A stretch of DNA of 64,000 bases, taken from assembly GCA_030141605.1 (NCBI GenBank), contig JAQGDQ010000170.1, forward strand, positions 124,001-188,000, written 5' to 3'. The position numbers were made by a program, and so were the translations under genes. The notes under the pieces were generated by a model. That model made no database searches, had not been told where the DNA came from, and worked only from the letters and a program-made list of their open reading frames with translations. This DNA comes from Tubiluchus corallicola (Eukaryota > Animalia > Priapulida). The stretch's first letter is position 1. Each line of letters starts with the position of its first letter. Below are positions 1 to 62,423 of this stretch, in pieces.

Positions 1-529
1 CACGGCAGTCTACATGGTTAAGTGAACAAATACGTGGTTAGATCTTAAGTGTAGCAAATAAACAAAATGCAAAGCAGTTAAATATTAAAACAAAAACTGA
101 ACAACATGCAGTTAAGTCACGAATGCAACAACAAAAAAGTAAAGGGAAGAAAATTTGTGCAGTAAGTCTTAAATGTAATAAATGAACAAAAGCAATCGGT
201 AATCATAATGTGACAGATACACACAAAAAGCAAGCAATGCAGTCAATTTATAAATGCAGCTATTGAATGAAAAGCAACCAAAGAAACTGTAATTAAATTT
301 TAAATGTGACAGTTTAAAAAAACAAATTTAATCATAAATATAGGAAATATATTCAAGCAGGCGAGCAAGCATATTTCCAATCGGACTGGAGATGTTCAGC
401 GACCTACCACAACGGACCAAAGTTTCAAGCTAACCAATAGCAAATCCAATAAAGTACAAAGAGCGCGTTTTTTTAGGAATAGCATAGTAAACCCACGTAA
501 TGCATTACCAGCACCCATGTGGCTTTGGT

Positions 530-585
530 TCACACACTCACACATGCACACACACACACACACATGCACAAACACACACACACAT

Positions 586-624
<39 letters not shown>

Positions 625-635
625 CACACACACAT

Positions 636-673
<38 letters not shown>

Positions 674-675
674 GC
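530..675. repeat. (CA)n microsatellite with CATG interruptions
   Basis: Direct reading; explains the low-complexity HT/VC ORFs at 396-718. Confidence 0.97.
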
Positions 676-968
676 ACTGCTACCCATTATGCTAAATGCT
701 TGCGCTTGTGATGCTTAGAGACTTGCTGCTTTAAAATCTTGTAAATCAGGTGATCGAGGGACCCAGAGATTTGTGTAGAGCAAATCTCAACAGACAGTTG
801 TAGTTCAATAATATATATTTTCAATATTGCATTTATTTCGCATCAACACAAATACAACTGGTACATTAAAAAAATACAAGAATTTCAATATTTAACAAAA
901 AAAAACAAAATACCCATTAAGAACCAAATTTTGAAATAATTATACTCAATTAAATACCCAGTTAAATG

Positions 969-1367
969 CAGGGGTGTATGAACACTTTTACGACGTCCTA
1001 GACTAATAGTTCTGTCCCGCCCATTTTATTAATTTATGATTGCTTATGTAATGAGTAGATTAAACAATTACTTGTGGTGTATTAGAAACATATTAGCCTA
1101 GTTTCTACGTAGTCACTATTAATTATTTGCATAGCACTTACATTCAAGCAGGCTGGACAACTGCTTATACATGTAATACCTTGCACCTGTTTGTTATGTA
1201 ACACTTATATAAAGGCTGCGCTTAATAACTGCCTGTGGTGTGTTATAAAATGTGCCCTTTACATGAATATGAAAGTACGTGTATACGCATTTTTCTAAAA
1301 TGAGATGCCCTCAAACTTTGGCGCCCTAGGCTAGAGCCTAGTTAGCCTATTGGTTAATGCACCCCTG
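969..1367 (+). mobile_element. hAT-like MITE, family A copy 1
   Basis: Terminal inverted repeats CAGGGGTGTAT / ATGCACCCCTG; 8-bp flanks gttaaatg / gttaggtg (6/8 match); homologous copy at 61700-62125 and a fragment near 50230-50340. Confidence 0.7.
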
Positions 1368-1877
1368 GTTAGGTGATTTGTGTTGGAAGGCATTAAGGAA
1401 GGAAACCAACCTTGTAAAAGTGTCCGAACAGTGAAATTTCAAATATTTTATAAATTCTAAAAAACGAAAGGACATAATGTGAATAAACAAGTGAGGATGA
1501 GAAAAAATGATGATGAGAAAAAGTTGTATACAGAAAGTACACTTGAAATATGAAATATCAAAAGTAAGGAATAGTTAAGACATAGTTTCCCAACCATTTC
1601 TTGCTGGTGATCTCTTCAGATGGTCACTGGTGGGTGTAAGAATTTAGTGTATCAAAGTTTTATTGATTTTTTGTTCTTATGTCTGAACTGCTCAACAGTT
1701 ATGACTTTCTTGTTACTTTTTGGTTAGGATGCTCTTGTGTTCCTATTTATCTTCTGTAAGTGACTCACTATGGTCAATTGATGCATTTTCGAGACATTTT
1801 TGTTAGCATCGCAAGATTACTTATGACGGCTACTGTTAGCTCATGTTCACACTGTCAGCATCTTAATACTGATTTAA

Positions 1878-2928
<1,051 letters not shown>

Positions 2929-3805
2929 TTAATAAAAATACAAGAATTGAAAAAAAGAAAGAAAGGGCACAACGTTTTGAACTACCAGTTTTGTACCTCT
3001 TTTGGTGAACAAAAAAGTCAAAAAGAAAGGAAAAATCACAAGGAATTATTAGAACTAGTAAACTAATGATTAGTTTCTGTTGTGTGTGGAGGTGGTTGTG
3101 ATTGTGGCTAATGATTTTGTACTTCTGTCTTTCAAACTTGTTTTATCTGTTTTTTTTTGTATGTACTTGTATCATTTTTAGCATGATATCCTTGTTATGT
3201 CAATAATAGAAACAAAAAACTCCCAAAAAATAGTTTAGTAGTTTTAGCAATTCCTTGTTAATTTAACATTTTTTGTTTATTTTCATCTAAAAAAGAACTA
3301 CAGTGATAGTTTGAAATGTTGTGCTGTTTTTTTCTTGTTTTTTATTTGTGGAATTTTTTTGTTCATTGACACTAGTACGATTTAATCTATGTTCAATCAG
3401 TTTTTTTAATTATGAACTTTCAGACTAACTACTAATACATTATTCTGTTCTTGAAATAGTTACTGTAATATTACAACTCTTCTGGTAAACTTGTAGCGAG
3501 AAGCTTTATCAAATCTTTCACAAAATTTCATCTTCTTATTGTTAGAATTGTAATTTTTTATGTACCTTTACATGTACCTTATGTATGATGGTTGCTGACG
3601 ATAAATGTAAATAATAACAAACGTAAATGATAAACAACTTTTTAGATTCACACAAGTTCACTAAATTCGGCCTGTATTGTAGAGAGTACCAACTATAATC
3701 TTTAATAATGTTCTTTATTAATTAAAATGTTCAGCAATTTCATCTTTCATCTGTAATGGCTGTAGTTGGGCTTACGAACATAGACTTTATATTACTACTT
3801 AATCC

Positions 3806-4042
3806 CAAATTAGAGATTACGCTAGTAATATTATTATCTATGGTTACGAAGTTGCCCAAAAAATTTATAATATTCTCTAACACTAGATGGCGCAACCAGT
3901 CTGCACTGAATAGAGTGCTTATAGCGCAGCAAATTAGAGATTACGCTAGTAATATTATTATCTATGGTTACGAAGTTGCCCAAAAAATTTATAATATTCT
4001 CTAACACTAGATGGCGCAACCAGTCTACACAGAATAGAGTGC
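3806..4042. repeat. Tandem duplication, 124-bp period, 2 copies
   Basis: caaattagagattacgctag...gaatagagtgc begins at 3806 and again at 3930. Confidence 0.93.
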
Positions 4043-4544
4043 ATGTTGCACAGAAGTAGATGTGCGCAATAAGCGAACTGTTTTAAATGCACCAGAAAGG
4101 TTGAAATACATTGTTTTACGTGTTATCACTGTTGTTCATCCACCCGCAAGTCCTTAGATTTGCAAAATTTGTATTAGACATTTTTTGTATGTTTAATTCC
4201 TCCGCTCTCTCCCGAAGATCTTGAGGTTTGCAATGGGATTTTGCAGCTCTGCTTCAACCCTATTCTATTGTGTTTGGTTGTGCCAAATGAAAATGGAGTC
4301 TCAGACGTTTAGATGGACACCGCGATTTTTTTTCAAAATTTCGTTTTCTTGTACAATACGGCACTTTACAAGCTTAAAGCAGCAGAGCCTGCATAGTGTG
4401 AATGGTTATGACAAGGATTGGGACAGTATCGCTGTGTCACTGAACCAAGCGGTTAAAACGCAGCTCTTCAGTGTCATCCAGATGCTAATAGTATAAGTGT
4501 TTACTATATCTTTCTTTTGGTACTTAGGTAACCATTTGTTACCT

Positions 4545-4742
4545 AAAGCACAAGAAAAGCCTTTACTTACGTAACGCTAACAAAAATTCGTCTTGAAATT
4601 TTATATCACCTACATATTAGGTGCGGTTATTTTGATGATAGATCGTTTGAAACAAGTTTAGATAACATTGCCTACAGTTCGAAAAAAATAATCAGAATAT
4701 TCGTAGCGCACACGTCGCTAACTAAGCAAAAGTTTAAATTGC
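4545..4742 (+). repeat. Diverged dispersed repeat (second copy about 16738-16995)
   Basis: Shared blocks aaagcacaagaaaa..., tcgtttgaaacaagtttag..., cgtagc(g/a)cacacgtc. Class not determined. Confidence 0.6.
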
Positions 4743-5109
4743 TTTACATTGTCTGAACGAAAGTGCCAACAATTTCAAGCGAATTCTCTTTGTTTGAACG
4801 GGCACTGCCATTTTCATGGAGACACTCTTCGCTGCCATCTGCCTAGCGCCACTGCCGTCACTGCCATGTAGATGTTCTTTCTCTTCATTTCCATCTAAAA
4901 ATTTTACTCTGTCATTTTGTTAACACTTGCATGAAATCTTTATCATCCAGCTTTACCTGATTAAATAGACGAGCCATTGAACCCTTTCTTGTTAAAAGGC
5001 AAACTTGGCAAGTCTTTGCTAACAGTGGTAACTATCCGTTACTTTTTCGAATCGACCAAGTGTCTAAATTGTAATAACCTTTAGACTAATCTTCTCGAAA
5101 GATTTAAAT

Positions 5110-5583
5110 GGTGTCACTACTACACGCATACATTTATCTAAAACAAATTAGGACAAATACCCACCATGGAACGAACTCTGTAATCAAACAAGCAATTCTA
5201 CTTTGGAATTCTCTACCATTACAGGTTAAACAAATCTAGTCCCTATCAGCATTTAAAACAAAATTAAAATCACTAATATTAACCAGATATGAAATACCAT
5301 CACACCAGTACGACAACATACACACTAATCCAGAATTCATATATCCACGGCCATATTAATTAAATCATATTTTTTCATTTTTTGTGCATAGTTGTAAATA
5401 TGTTTGATTTTATTCGTCGTTACTTTCCATTACTGCACAGTAGTTTAGATTGCACTGACGCATTTGCCTTTAGCAGTGTAAGTTTTTATTAACTAACACT
5501 GATTGATCATCTCTGTAAAGTTTTTATCAGTGATTATCAATGTATTTTAATGGCAAATAAAGGTTATTATGTATATATATATG
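5110..5583 (+). mobile_element. 5'-truncated LINE (CR1/L2-group) ORF2 tail and 3' UTR, copy 1
   Basis: Near-identical to 60490-60968; encodes degenerate IRTNTH.GTN.VIKQAILLWNSLP...SLSAFKTKLK, a typical LINE ORF2 C-terminus; ends AATAAA plus (TA)n. Confidence 0.8.
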
Positions 5584-6656
5584 TATCCCTTGCACATTTC
5601 TGCCCTTGCCCAGTCACATTTCATGATGAAATCACTGGAAGTATGTTGACCTGGTCATTTAGTGATTTTATCATGTTTAGTGCAATTTACTGCCTATTGA
5701 AACAGAGCAGTCATTGCTTCATTTTCCGGCCTGTATTTATCCGCTTTGTGCATAAATAGCATTCAGAAGCGATCGGTTATGCAGCTTGAAACTCCAGGAA
5801 ACGGTCATCAGGGTCTTTTCTCTGATCTATAATCTTCGGTCTGAGAAACGTGTGGCACGAATCACGAGATGAATAAACAGCTTTGCTTTGTAGGTGAATT
5901 GTTGTTAAATAATTTGATGTTACCTGTAGTAGGATACAAGTAATTTGCAACATAGTGAGTGCATTCCCTTTGAGTCTGCCTTTAGAAAATCCTGAAAGTA
6001 AAATTGTTTTATGAGTAAGAGTGCGACACTCCACAATTAAGGTCTCGTTTAGATCTTTTTTGCAAATATGCCATAAATTGTGCTAAATTGGTTTTTTTCA
6101 TCGTCTGATTTCGACATCTGACCAAGTGACAGCTGACCAAGTGACCAATAGGTCTTTCGCTGCCCCTTCTCAGCTGCAATGAAATGTAAAAATTGTGATG
6201 ACGAATTTTAACTGCTATTGAGAAAACAAAATTGAATTGAATTGAATTGACATCACCTCAAATCGGTGGAGACATGGACAAGAGGGCAAGCAGTGCTGAG
6301 AAAGAAAACTAAATTATGATTTTTTCATGTTGACTACAGCAAAGACAAGTTTGCTTCTTTGTCTATGACTTAAACTTACTTTGAACTATGTCATGATGTA
6401 CCAGATGCATTGCTTCATGTAATGTACGCATTCTTGATAATGGCTGCCCCTGGGCGGTCGAAATATTTATAGATCTTCTATAGATTTATAGAGTTTATAG
6501 ATCTATTAATAAATTATTTCCTCCGCTTTTTTAACTATTTCAGTGTATCAGTAAAACAGATGAGGGTATCTATTATGAGTATTTTATATCTACAGTAAAA
6601 TTCCATATCTCTACACACTGCATTAGGTTTTTTATTTGGGCGCAGTACCGCAGCAA

Positions 6657-7028
6657 TATAGGTTTTACATGTCAAATGTAGACCTGCGTTAACTCACATG
6701 TAGATTTAGGTAATTCAAATGTGTCTTGGTAACTCAAATGTAGACACATGTCAAGTCAAATGTGACATTGGTATCTCAAATGTGAATAGGTGTTAAAGTT
6801 TAAGGATGTTGAATTTAATCTTCTTTAATTTCAATTTAATATTTGCTCCTAAGTTAAAATAACAACGTTATAGGCCTACTAACAGATGCACTATCTTTGG
6901 TTTATCTTTTTCTAATTTGCACTTAAATGAGTTAATTACCGATTTATTCAAAGTACCGCATCTACATTTGACTTACCTAAGTCACATTTGAACTTTCCTG
7001 TGTCTACATTTGACGTGTAAAACATATA
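6657..7028 (-). mobile_element. Foldback-like MITE built from TCAAATGT subrepeats, copy 1
   Basis: Ends tataggttttacatgtcaaatgtagac / gtctacatttgacgtgtaaaacatata are inverted repeats; reverse-orientation homolog of 15976-16505. Confidence 0.8.
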
Positions 7029-7381
7029 GATTTAACGCTAGGCTCTACCAAATTTCTCAAAATGGACATGTTTACCCATAAAACTGCATAAATAGCTACA
7101 CGAATGTCAAGACAACTTTTAATTACGTCTTATTACCGAAGCTATTTTGATGATTTACGTCTTTACTCTGCTGCAAACTTTTTTCTTATTTCAGCGTGTT
7201 GTTTCATCATTTGTTTCTTATCGTGGTAATTCAAAATTGAAATGTTAGCACTTTAAATTGGGTTCAGTTGAATAACTCGCTTCTTAAATTTTTTGGGTTT
7301 TCAATAACTGTGTCATTGTGATCAACCAAAGTTGGAACAACTTCGGCAGTATTGGCTTAGTTAAAAACATGGCGTGGTCAT

Positions 7382-7694
7382 CTTCTTCTTCCCAGCTTTT
7401 CCCTATTCAAGGTTTTGAATGAGTCTTCTCCACGCATTCCTGTTGTTGACCATCTCTTCATTTATGTTCTTCTCTCTAAGGTCTCCATTAATACATTCAA
7501 ACCATCTCAGCTTGGGTCGTCCTCTTCTTCTATTTCCCAGCACTTCCATTTCCATGACCTCCCTTCCCACATGATCTTCACCGACTCTTCTTTTCATGTG
7601 TCCATACCATCGCAATCTTGCCTCTTGTATCTTTTTCGAGGCTTCCACTACTTTTACTGTTCCTCTGATATTATTATTTCTAATTTTGTTCATG
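7382..7694 (-). mobile_element. 5'-truncated RTE-clade LINE insertion
   Basis: ORF 7403-7741 encodes KIRNNNIRGTVKV...RLRWYGH.KRR...RRRGRPKLRW (RTE ORF C-terminus); (GAA)n tail; 19-bp TSD aaaaacatggcgt(g/t)gtcat at 7363-7381 and 7695-7713. Confidence 0.9.
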
Positions 7695-7912
7695 AAAAAC
7701 ATGGCGTTGTCATGAATCCTGTAAACAAGTACATTTGGCATTTTCAGTGTTATAATATTAAGGGATATTTTAAGCGAACAAACAGAAATAATTTTTGAAT
7801 TGTAAAGACAATTTTGGTATAAAACTTAATGCAGTCTAGAGTATGCGAACAAAACTGCAAAATTGAGTGAAAAATGTGATTAAAATACACCTGATAGTGT
7901 GTATTCTCTTAA

Positions 7913-8353
7913 CCCTTTCACTCCCAAATTATTGTTAATAAGAAAAAAAATTTTGGCTTGGTACTTTTGTTCCCAATGTATCCTGTACAACTGTATACAC
8001 AACATTCTTTGTCATATGCAAAAAACAAAGTCCGACTTTTTAAAAAACACAACAAAAGCAAAAAATGTGCTTTATTTTGCAATTATGATTATTTTTTAAA
8101 GTATTTAAGACATTTAGTATGCGTGCTATACTGATCTGTACAAAGTCGTCTCTAAAGTACTGTACCTTGCACAGTTTTTTATGCTACGTAGATTTTTTTA
8201 GTTTGCCATTTTATCACCATTTTTAGTCTATTGTTATTGGCTTAAATCAAAATAACTATTAACAGATCAAATAACTGTCAGTTTTAAAATTTTATTAATT
8301 TTAAAGGCAGAAAATATTCTCGTATCCCACGGGATACAACGGGTACGAAAGGG
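7913..8353 (+). mobile_element. piggyBac-type MITE copy 1
   Basis: TTAA|CCCTTTC ... GAAAGGG|TTAA; subterminal palindrome gtatcccacgggatac; four copies in window. Confidence 0.9.
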
Positions 8354-9297
8354 TTAAGATATGTGTAGCCTACATAAGTAAAATTAAGCTGTGTATGCGA
8401 GTAAAACAGAAATCCGCAAATGAGAAAATATATTGCAAATTTGTTTGTGTGATTAAGCATCAGTAAGGCTTACTTTATGGTAGATTGCGTGCGCTATTAA
8501 AACAAGTTTCACCTGCATTAATCATTAAACAACCTGGGAAATATAGTCACGTGACCGATCTCCAATGTCAACACGAGAAAATTGACACCTGTAATATCAT
8601 AAATACATAAATTTATTCTGCCTAAGAAGTTTTTACATTCCTCAGTTTTTTCCTGACAGGCAAATCACCACCACTTTGTATTCATCCGCGGTGCGACCTA
8701 ATCACACGATATGACGCCGTGCATTAGAACTAACCGCGTCCAACTTTACGTGCTGGGAGGTGCAGGTCTAATTTTTAATTGGTCTTTCATGTTTTTGCAC
8801 CGTCGACCTTTGTAAAGCCAAGTAAGTGATAGAAACTGGGTTATATTTTAATTAGCTAAAGCGACGTTCCACTTGAAAGCACGGCTGTGTTGAATGGCCA
8901 GGGTGTACTTTACATTGCATACTGAGGCGTAAAATGTAAAGCACCTCTCGAACTCTGCTCTCTTGTATGCTTGCTCAAAAGCTTGCTCTGGGTTCGGTGT
9001 GCCGAACGAATCGTCAAGAATTAAACCTCGGTGGTGTTTTGCCATCTCTTTGTGCGCGCAGACGAGTAACAGTGTTGGCATTGGCGTAAGTGTTGAAGAT
9101 CGGTCATTAGAGGTACAGTGAAGAGGTCGGTGGTCAGCTGTCAAGTGATTCTCTTGTGACCGGGTTAAGATTGCAGAGTTGAGGCATGTCTGCGCCGCCA
9201 TGAGTTGGGTCTTCGACTCCTGCTTGGGCTGAATGGTACGAAAATGCATTTGCTTGCTTAGGTCTATGACGTAACCGGTTGACATCAAAGTGAACAA

Positions 9298-27906
<18,609 letters not shown>

Positions 27907-27994
27907 TTACAGGTTTCTGCTGCATTTTAAAGACCGTCCCCTCGTTTGTATAAAGTTCTGTCCTTTGTGTCGCGCAAACACGCGATACACTTGT

Positions 27995-28000
27995 AATAAA
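27995..28000 (+). promoter_or_regulatory. Candidate polyadenylation signal of claudin-like gene
   Basis: First AATAAA after the stop, followed by a T/GT-rich stretch. Confidence 0.5.
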
Positions 28001-28145
28001 AAGTATATTTTGTTTTATACGTTTTAGGTATAATAGTTCTTAGTGGCATTCTTATCGGCTGTTTTAAATCTATGTAAAGAGATGGCGCTGCCTGTGTTTT
28101 TCTCTGTAAAAACTACGTATTCTTTGTGGCGAGAGTTTGAATAAA

Positions 28146-28537
28146 CTTCTTCTTCTTCCTAGCTTTTCCCTATTCGGGGTCGCCATTGTGAATGAGTCTT
28201 CTCCACGCATTCCTGTTGTTGACCATCTCTTCATTTATGTCTTCCCTTCCCACATGATCTGCACCGACTCTTCTTTTCAGGTGTCCATACCATCGCAATC
28301 TTGCGAGGCTTCCACTACTTTTACTGCCCCTCTGATATTATTATTTCTAATTTTATCTCTTCTTGTTATTCTCACCATCCATCTCAACATCCTCATCTCC
28401 ACCACACCCATTTTCTTCTCTTCGGTCTTCTTTAGAGAAGCTGTTTCCAGCCCATAGATTAGAGCGGGTCTGACCACTATCTTTGTGGACTTCACCTTTC
28501 ACCGACTCACCGACTCATTCATAGAAGGCGCAGTTTT
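28146..28537 (-). mobile_element. Bipartite non-autonomous RTE element, 5'-truncated copy
   Basis: Same UTR/ORF junction and internal deletions as 17252-17753; (GAA)n tail. Confidence 0.88.
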
Positions 28538-29247
28538 GACTAATTAGTTAATATTTTTTGTCACCAGAATTTAGACGTGTATACTATTTTGACCTGTTTC
28601 TCCAGTCCATCCTGCAGACCGACTAATGGTCATCCATGCCCACATAGATGTATTTACTTGGCAGCTGAACACAGGTTGATGCTTTGCCCATGTTAAGCGT
28701 AATTAAGGTCCTGACATAATAAATAGATAACATGTTAAACATACTCAGTCTTAGAGAACAGTTACTCTGGTAAGAAGTGCGGTAGATTAATTTTATTGCA
28801 AGACGTTTTACCAAAACTTCTTGCTTTTTATGTATTTGAAAAGTGATATTTTTATCTGAAAATGTAATCAAAATGTTGTTCCCTTTTTAGGCTGTAGTCA
28901 TGTACGACTATTTTAGGAAAGTGGTCGGTCATATAGTCTCTTTCGTTCAAAATAGATGCATAATTATTGTATAACATTGTGTATTCAAGTTGTTCATGAT
29001 GTCTAATTCAAAATTATAATTATCTAGATCTGAAAATACTTTTGTATAAAGTGTTTGCCACGCTATTTTTAGTTTTAAATTTTAGATATGTTGAATTGCT
29101 TTTGAATCTCTATAATTATTATACGCTTAAGCATTTTTATTTTTTAACATTAAGCATAATATGTAATAAAAAAAGAATACTCTTGTCTGCTTGCAAGCAT
29201 AAGTATTACTTTGTTTACTCAAATCATGGCTTTATTTATTTATTAGA

Positions 29248-29862
29248 GTTTTTAAACACCAGAACTCTAAGATTTCTTTACTGGTACTGTTTTTAAACAC
29301 CGGAAGTCTAAGATTTCTTTACTGGTACTGTTCTTAAGCACCGGAACTCTAAGATTTCTTTACTGGTACTGTTTTTAAGCACCGGAACTCTAAGATTTCT
29401 TTACTGGTACTGTTTTTGAACACCAGAACTCTAAGATTTCTTTACTGGTACTGTTTTTGAACACCGGAACTCTAAGATTTCTTTACTGGTACTGTTTTTA
29501 AACACCGGAACTTTAAGATTTCTTTACTGGTACTGTTTTTAAACACCGGAACTCTAAGATTTCTTTACTGGTACTGTTTTTAAACACCGGAACTCTAAGA
29601 TTTCTTTACTGGTACTGTTTTTAAACACCGGAACTCTAAGATTTCTTTACTGGTACTGTTTTTAAGCACCGGAACTCTAAGATTTCTTTACTGGTACTGT
29701 TTTTAAACACCGGAACTCTAAGATTTCTTTACTGGTACTGTTTTTAAACACCGGAACTCTAAGATTTCTTTACTGGTGCTGTTTTTAAACACCGGAACTC
29801 TAAGATTTCTTTACTGGTACTGTTTTTAAACACCGGAACTCTAAGATTTCTTTACTGGTACT
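29248..29862. repeat. Minisatellite, 41-bp unit, about 15 copies
   Basis: Head-to-tail unit tttttaaacaccggaactctaagatttctttactggtactg, no spacers. Confidence 0.97.
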
Positions 29863-30702
29863 ACAGTTATGTGCTTTGTACTTTTGTACTTTAGCCATTA
29901 TTTCAAGTTATTTGAAACTATAAAAATAGTGTGAAAATGGAACGCATAATTATACTGTTTTATGTATGTTTATCATAGCAGCCTAGACAGCAATTTCTTA
30001 TTATGAGGGTTTTTAATAAACAAACCTGTAAGTATGCTTAATGGTGCCACAGGTTCTGTGTGCGTAAGGCTTATTATGATGGCATAATCGAATAATGAAT
30101 CTCAAGACTGTTTCAAATATTAATTTAACAATATTGCTTAATTTATAAACTGATATTGACAATCTCACTGAGATATCGTGCACTCAACGATTTCCATGTA
30201 TATGGTTATTTTATACTTTTTATTCATGACTTACCATCCTTTGTCTGGAAATTATTATGCAATTTTTCATCAATAATCATTTTGATGATTTTACTTAATT
30301 GCATTTTTGTTTATGTTGACATGCAAATGAATTTGTAAACTTTTTGTAATTTTCTCAGCTTGGAACTTGTACAAAATTAATAAATGTGTGTAATTATCCA
30401 GTACTGAAAATCAAGTGTGCGCATTTCTCGATAGATGGAGCCACGAGAGTACTATGCGATAGCATATACTCTATATTTTGTGTAGATTTTATAGGTGAGG
30501 ATGTAAATGGATTATATGAAAATTTAACAGAAAGAACTTACTAATTAACTCACAAGTTGGTGCAATTTAACTAGACTTGTACATTTTATAATTAATTATT
30601 ATTAAATTCTTTTTGGAAATAAGAAATTTAGGCCCGTGTCGCACAGAGCCGTGAAGAAAATAGACATCAGCCGTCAAGAAAAATAGGCGTCTTATAAAAA
30701 TG

Positions 30703-30866
30703 TGTTTTTTTAGACTGCATCCACCTATTTATTGATCTAGTATTGCATTGCTTGATCTAGTATTGCATTGCTTGATCTAGTATTGCATTGCTTGACCTAG
30801 TATTGAATTGCTTGTTTTTTTAGACAGGATCCACCTATTTATTGATCTAGTATCACATTGCTTGAC
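30703..30866. repeat. Short 20-bp tandem repeat nested in a local duplication
   Basis: tgatctagtattgcattgct x3-4 plus a second tgtttttttagac...atccacctatttattgatctagtat block. Confidence 0.8.
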
Positions 30867-31965
30867 TCTGATTGTTAAGCATGTTAATCATTATTTTAAA
30901 AAATCTTTGTGTACAGAGTCTGACTTTTATTCTTAGTACAAACTTTAATGTGTGACAAGTTTGGTATCCTGCAAGCTGTGGTCTAAGATTCAATGACAAT
31001 GCCTACTTAATGTTATTAGGGGTGGCAAGACTGGAACCTTTCTCATTCTTCTCTCTGACAATCCTCTGAGAAAAGCCACAAAACAGCAGAACCATGTACG
31101 AATGTACATATTCTCCCTTAATGAGAGAAACAGTGGGCAGTCAGTATGGCAGGTGAAGCCACCCGGCAGTCACCTATCCAGTTACCAAAAGAACAAGACT
31201 ATTTTCCTTGCCCTAGAAAGACTTTATATTATTATTATCTATGTGTAAACTAATCACATAAATCAGCAATGAGTGATTTTGAAAATCACATATTAATTTG
31301 CTTAGTTTAATGTAATAAAAAACAGAGTTACAATTATTATTATTATTACAATTATTATTATTATTTTACACACTCTTATGCAACTCGGTAATATTGGAAT
31401 ACTCTCCTTTAATTTCAATAGAATTTTGTCCATGAAAACCATTAATAAAACAATATAAAAGAAAATTGGAGAAAACAATATAAAAGCAAAACAATTTTCT
31501 ACGTAAGTTAGCTATTTCTTTGTATAAAATCATAATTATGAATAACACGACTGGGTCTCTAATTATAACAGTAATAAAGCATGAAATGACAATTTATAAA
31601 ATATTTATCAGCATAATTATACAAAAAAGCTACTCTGGTTATTATCTAAAACACAACTTACATTCTGCCTGTTCTTAGTAAAAAATACATAGGCCTGATA
31701 TGATTGAAAATTTTGTACACAACTCATTTTATACAACACACTTTAAAAACATAGGTACATGTACATCTCTTACATATCAATAATTATTATAAATGTTATA
31801 ATAGTAGTTTTGATTGTCCAAAAAATTACGACTGACGAGTTTTGGCTCTCAACAAAGACGAGCTGTTGGTCACAGTTGGGCCTGCGAAACTGGGACTGTA
31901 GTTAAAGATTTGTCATCACACAAGGCAAAGAAGCTATCGGCAGCAAACTGCCTCTCGCAAAATTT

Positions 31966-32480
31966 GCCCGCACACGGTAACTTGTGTAAAACAACCAGTG
32001 TCACGGGTAAAAATTGTCAGCAATTACTAAATGACCCCGCCAAAAGAGTTGCTTTTTATTGCCCGTATCTGTCTTGCGTAACATAAAAGATTGTACCGAG
32101 CCCACACACGGTAACTTGTGTAAAGCAACCAGTGCCACGGGTAAATCTGTTTGCTCATATCTGTCTTGCGTAACATAAAAGACTGTACCGAGCCCGCACA
32201 CGGTAACTTGTGTAAAGCAACCAGTGCCACGGGTAACTCTGTTTGCTCATATCTGTTTTGCGTAACATAAAAGATTGTACCGAGCCCACACACGGTAACT
32301 TGTGTAAAGCAACCAGTGCCACGGGTAAATCTGTTTGCTCATATCTGTCTTGCATAACATAAAAGACTGTACCGAGCCTGCACACGGTAACTTGTGTAAA
32401 GCAATCAGTGCCACGGGTAACTCTGTTTGCTCATACCTGTTTTGCGTAACATAAAAGATTGTACCGAGCCCGCACACGGG
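31966..32480. repeat. Minisatellite, 92-bp unit, about 5 copies with ABAB higher-order structure
   Basis: cacacggtaacttgtgtaaa at 31971, 32105, 32197, 32289, 32381; diagnostic bases alternate between units. Confidence 0.93.
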
Positions 32481-32832
32481 AACGGGGTACACGGGAGTGT
32501 TCAAATAAGCGTGCTTAACAAAAACCTGTGTATGATAAAGTGGCAAAATACGACGTTTATTGAGAGCGCATGAGCAAAAATGTGTTAGCAATGTTGTTGC
32601 AAACGGATTTTGCATCGTGTGCACTGTGCATTAGCACTTTAACTGGTAAACAGAACTTAAACTAACTAGTGCAAACGGAACTCGTCAAACATGCTCTCTG
32701 TTTGCTTTTGAAATAACCGCCTAATAACATGGACTACATTCGGAGCTAAACATTTGCATAATATGAAAAAATTGTGCAACATATTAAAAAGTATCACAAA
32801 GTTACGATTCTGTATCTACAAAACGACTGCAT

Positions 32833-62423
<29,591 letters not shown>

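Noticed and set aside
8848-9297. 149-aa minus-strand ORF head-to-head with the claudin-like gene
   Set aside because: Non-ATG start in the track, no recognisable motif; GC-richer promoter/UTR sequence readily gives open frames.
29248-29862. CRISPR-like array (also the 118-, 92- and 68-bp arrays)
   Set aside because: Units are head-to-tail with no unique spacers, there are no cas genes, and the context is eukaryotic.
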